Part shown: positions 63,709-64,000 of the stretch, in pieces | How the letters are laid out: the number at the start of each line of letters is the position of its first letter | Numbering within the stretch: the first letter of the stretch is position 1 | Assembly: GCA_003427395.1 (NCBI GenBank) | Contig: BFEA01000003.1 | Coordinates: 6,071,226 to 6,135,225 of the forward strand | Length of the DNA: 64,000 nucleotides | DNA from: Chara braunii | Taxonomy: Eukaryota > Plantae > Charophyceae | Reading direction: 5' to 3' | Position numbers and translations under genes: made by a program | Notes under the pieces: model-generated | What the model saw: only the letters and a program-made list of their open reading frames with translations | Told to the model about the DNA's origin: nothing | The model's database searches: none

Positions 63709-64000
63709 ATGTGGACTAACGGGCTCCATCCGACTAGGCGCCAGCCTCCTGTAGCCCCTCTTCGCCCCTTCCCATATAACGAGGACAGAACGCGAATCTG
63801 TGAGTGGGACATACGAGAAGCCGTCGCAAAGATCGGTGGGCAGTACTATTTCCCTCCTGAAAATCGGTGCTCTGGGTTCGTAGGCGCCGGGTTTGTCATT
63901 GTGGATACGCACTTTCCGCCATACTCGCTGCTACTACCCTTTAACGAGTTGATCGTCATCCCGTGGTCGGCAGTGGCACCCCATTGGCCTAACACCTTGT
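63709..64000 (+). CDS. Unknown protein, 5' part (97 open codons to the window edge)
   Basis: gccATG; MWTNGLHPTRRQPP...YYFPPENRCSGFVGAGFVIVDTHFPPYSLLLPFNELIVIPW...; absent from the ORF track because it has no stop in the window; mostly synonymous differences versus copy A. Confidence 0.75.
   Translation, partial: MWTNGLHPTRRQPPVAPLRPFPYNEDRTRICEWDIREAVAKIGGQYYFPPENRCSGFVGAGFVIVDTHFPPYSLLLPFNELIVIPWSAVAPHWPNTL

Larger units (their letters stand above)
61766..64000 (+). mobile_element. Unclassified repeat element, copy B, runs off the window
   Basis: Starts TAAACCACCAGTACTTCC; colinear with 11496 back to 9260 (-). Confidence 0.7.

Overview
Eukaryotic, repeat-dominated 64 kb window with many N-gaps and microsatellites. 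The repeat style resembles a streptophyte alga such as Chara (inference only). Contents: two degenerate, divergent L1/Tx1-type LINEs (1-8142 on +, 44925-50620 on -); a decayed chromodomain-bearing Ty3/Gypsy element with its 3' LTR; and at least 15 non-autonomous TIR elements, several with exact TSDs. There is also a tRNA-derived SINE head, a Nextera junction-adapter artefact, and one convincing intact host-type gene (intronless RING + TRAF-type zinc fingers, - strand). Most notable observations: (1) a complete Penelope-type minimal hammerhead ribozyme at 26185-26248, plus a second truncated core at 59207-59250; (2) an unclassified element in two copies (about 8700-11496 and 61766-end) with a defined terminus, a conserved CCAAT/TATA promoter and an unrecognised ORF under apparent purifying selection; (3) extra conserved modules shared by both LINEs: a possibly Nudix-fold domain ending ORF1, an SH3/KOW-like insert in ORF2, and a 3'-UTR stem-loop; (4) TIR families with unusual signatures: CT...AG ends with 8-bp TSDs, CCGG-targeting 97-bp hairpins, and (TA)n-targeting elements that sit as inverted pairs.
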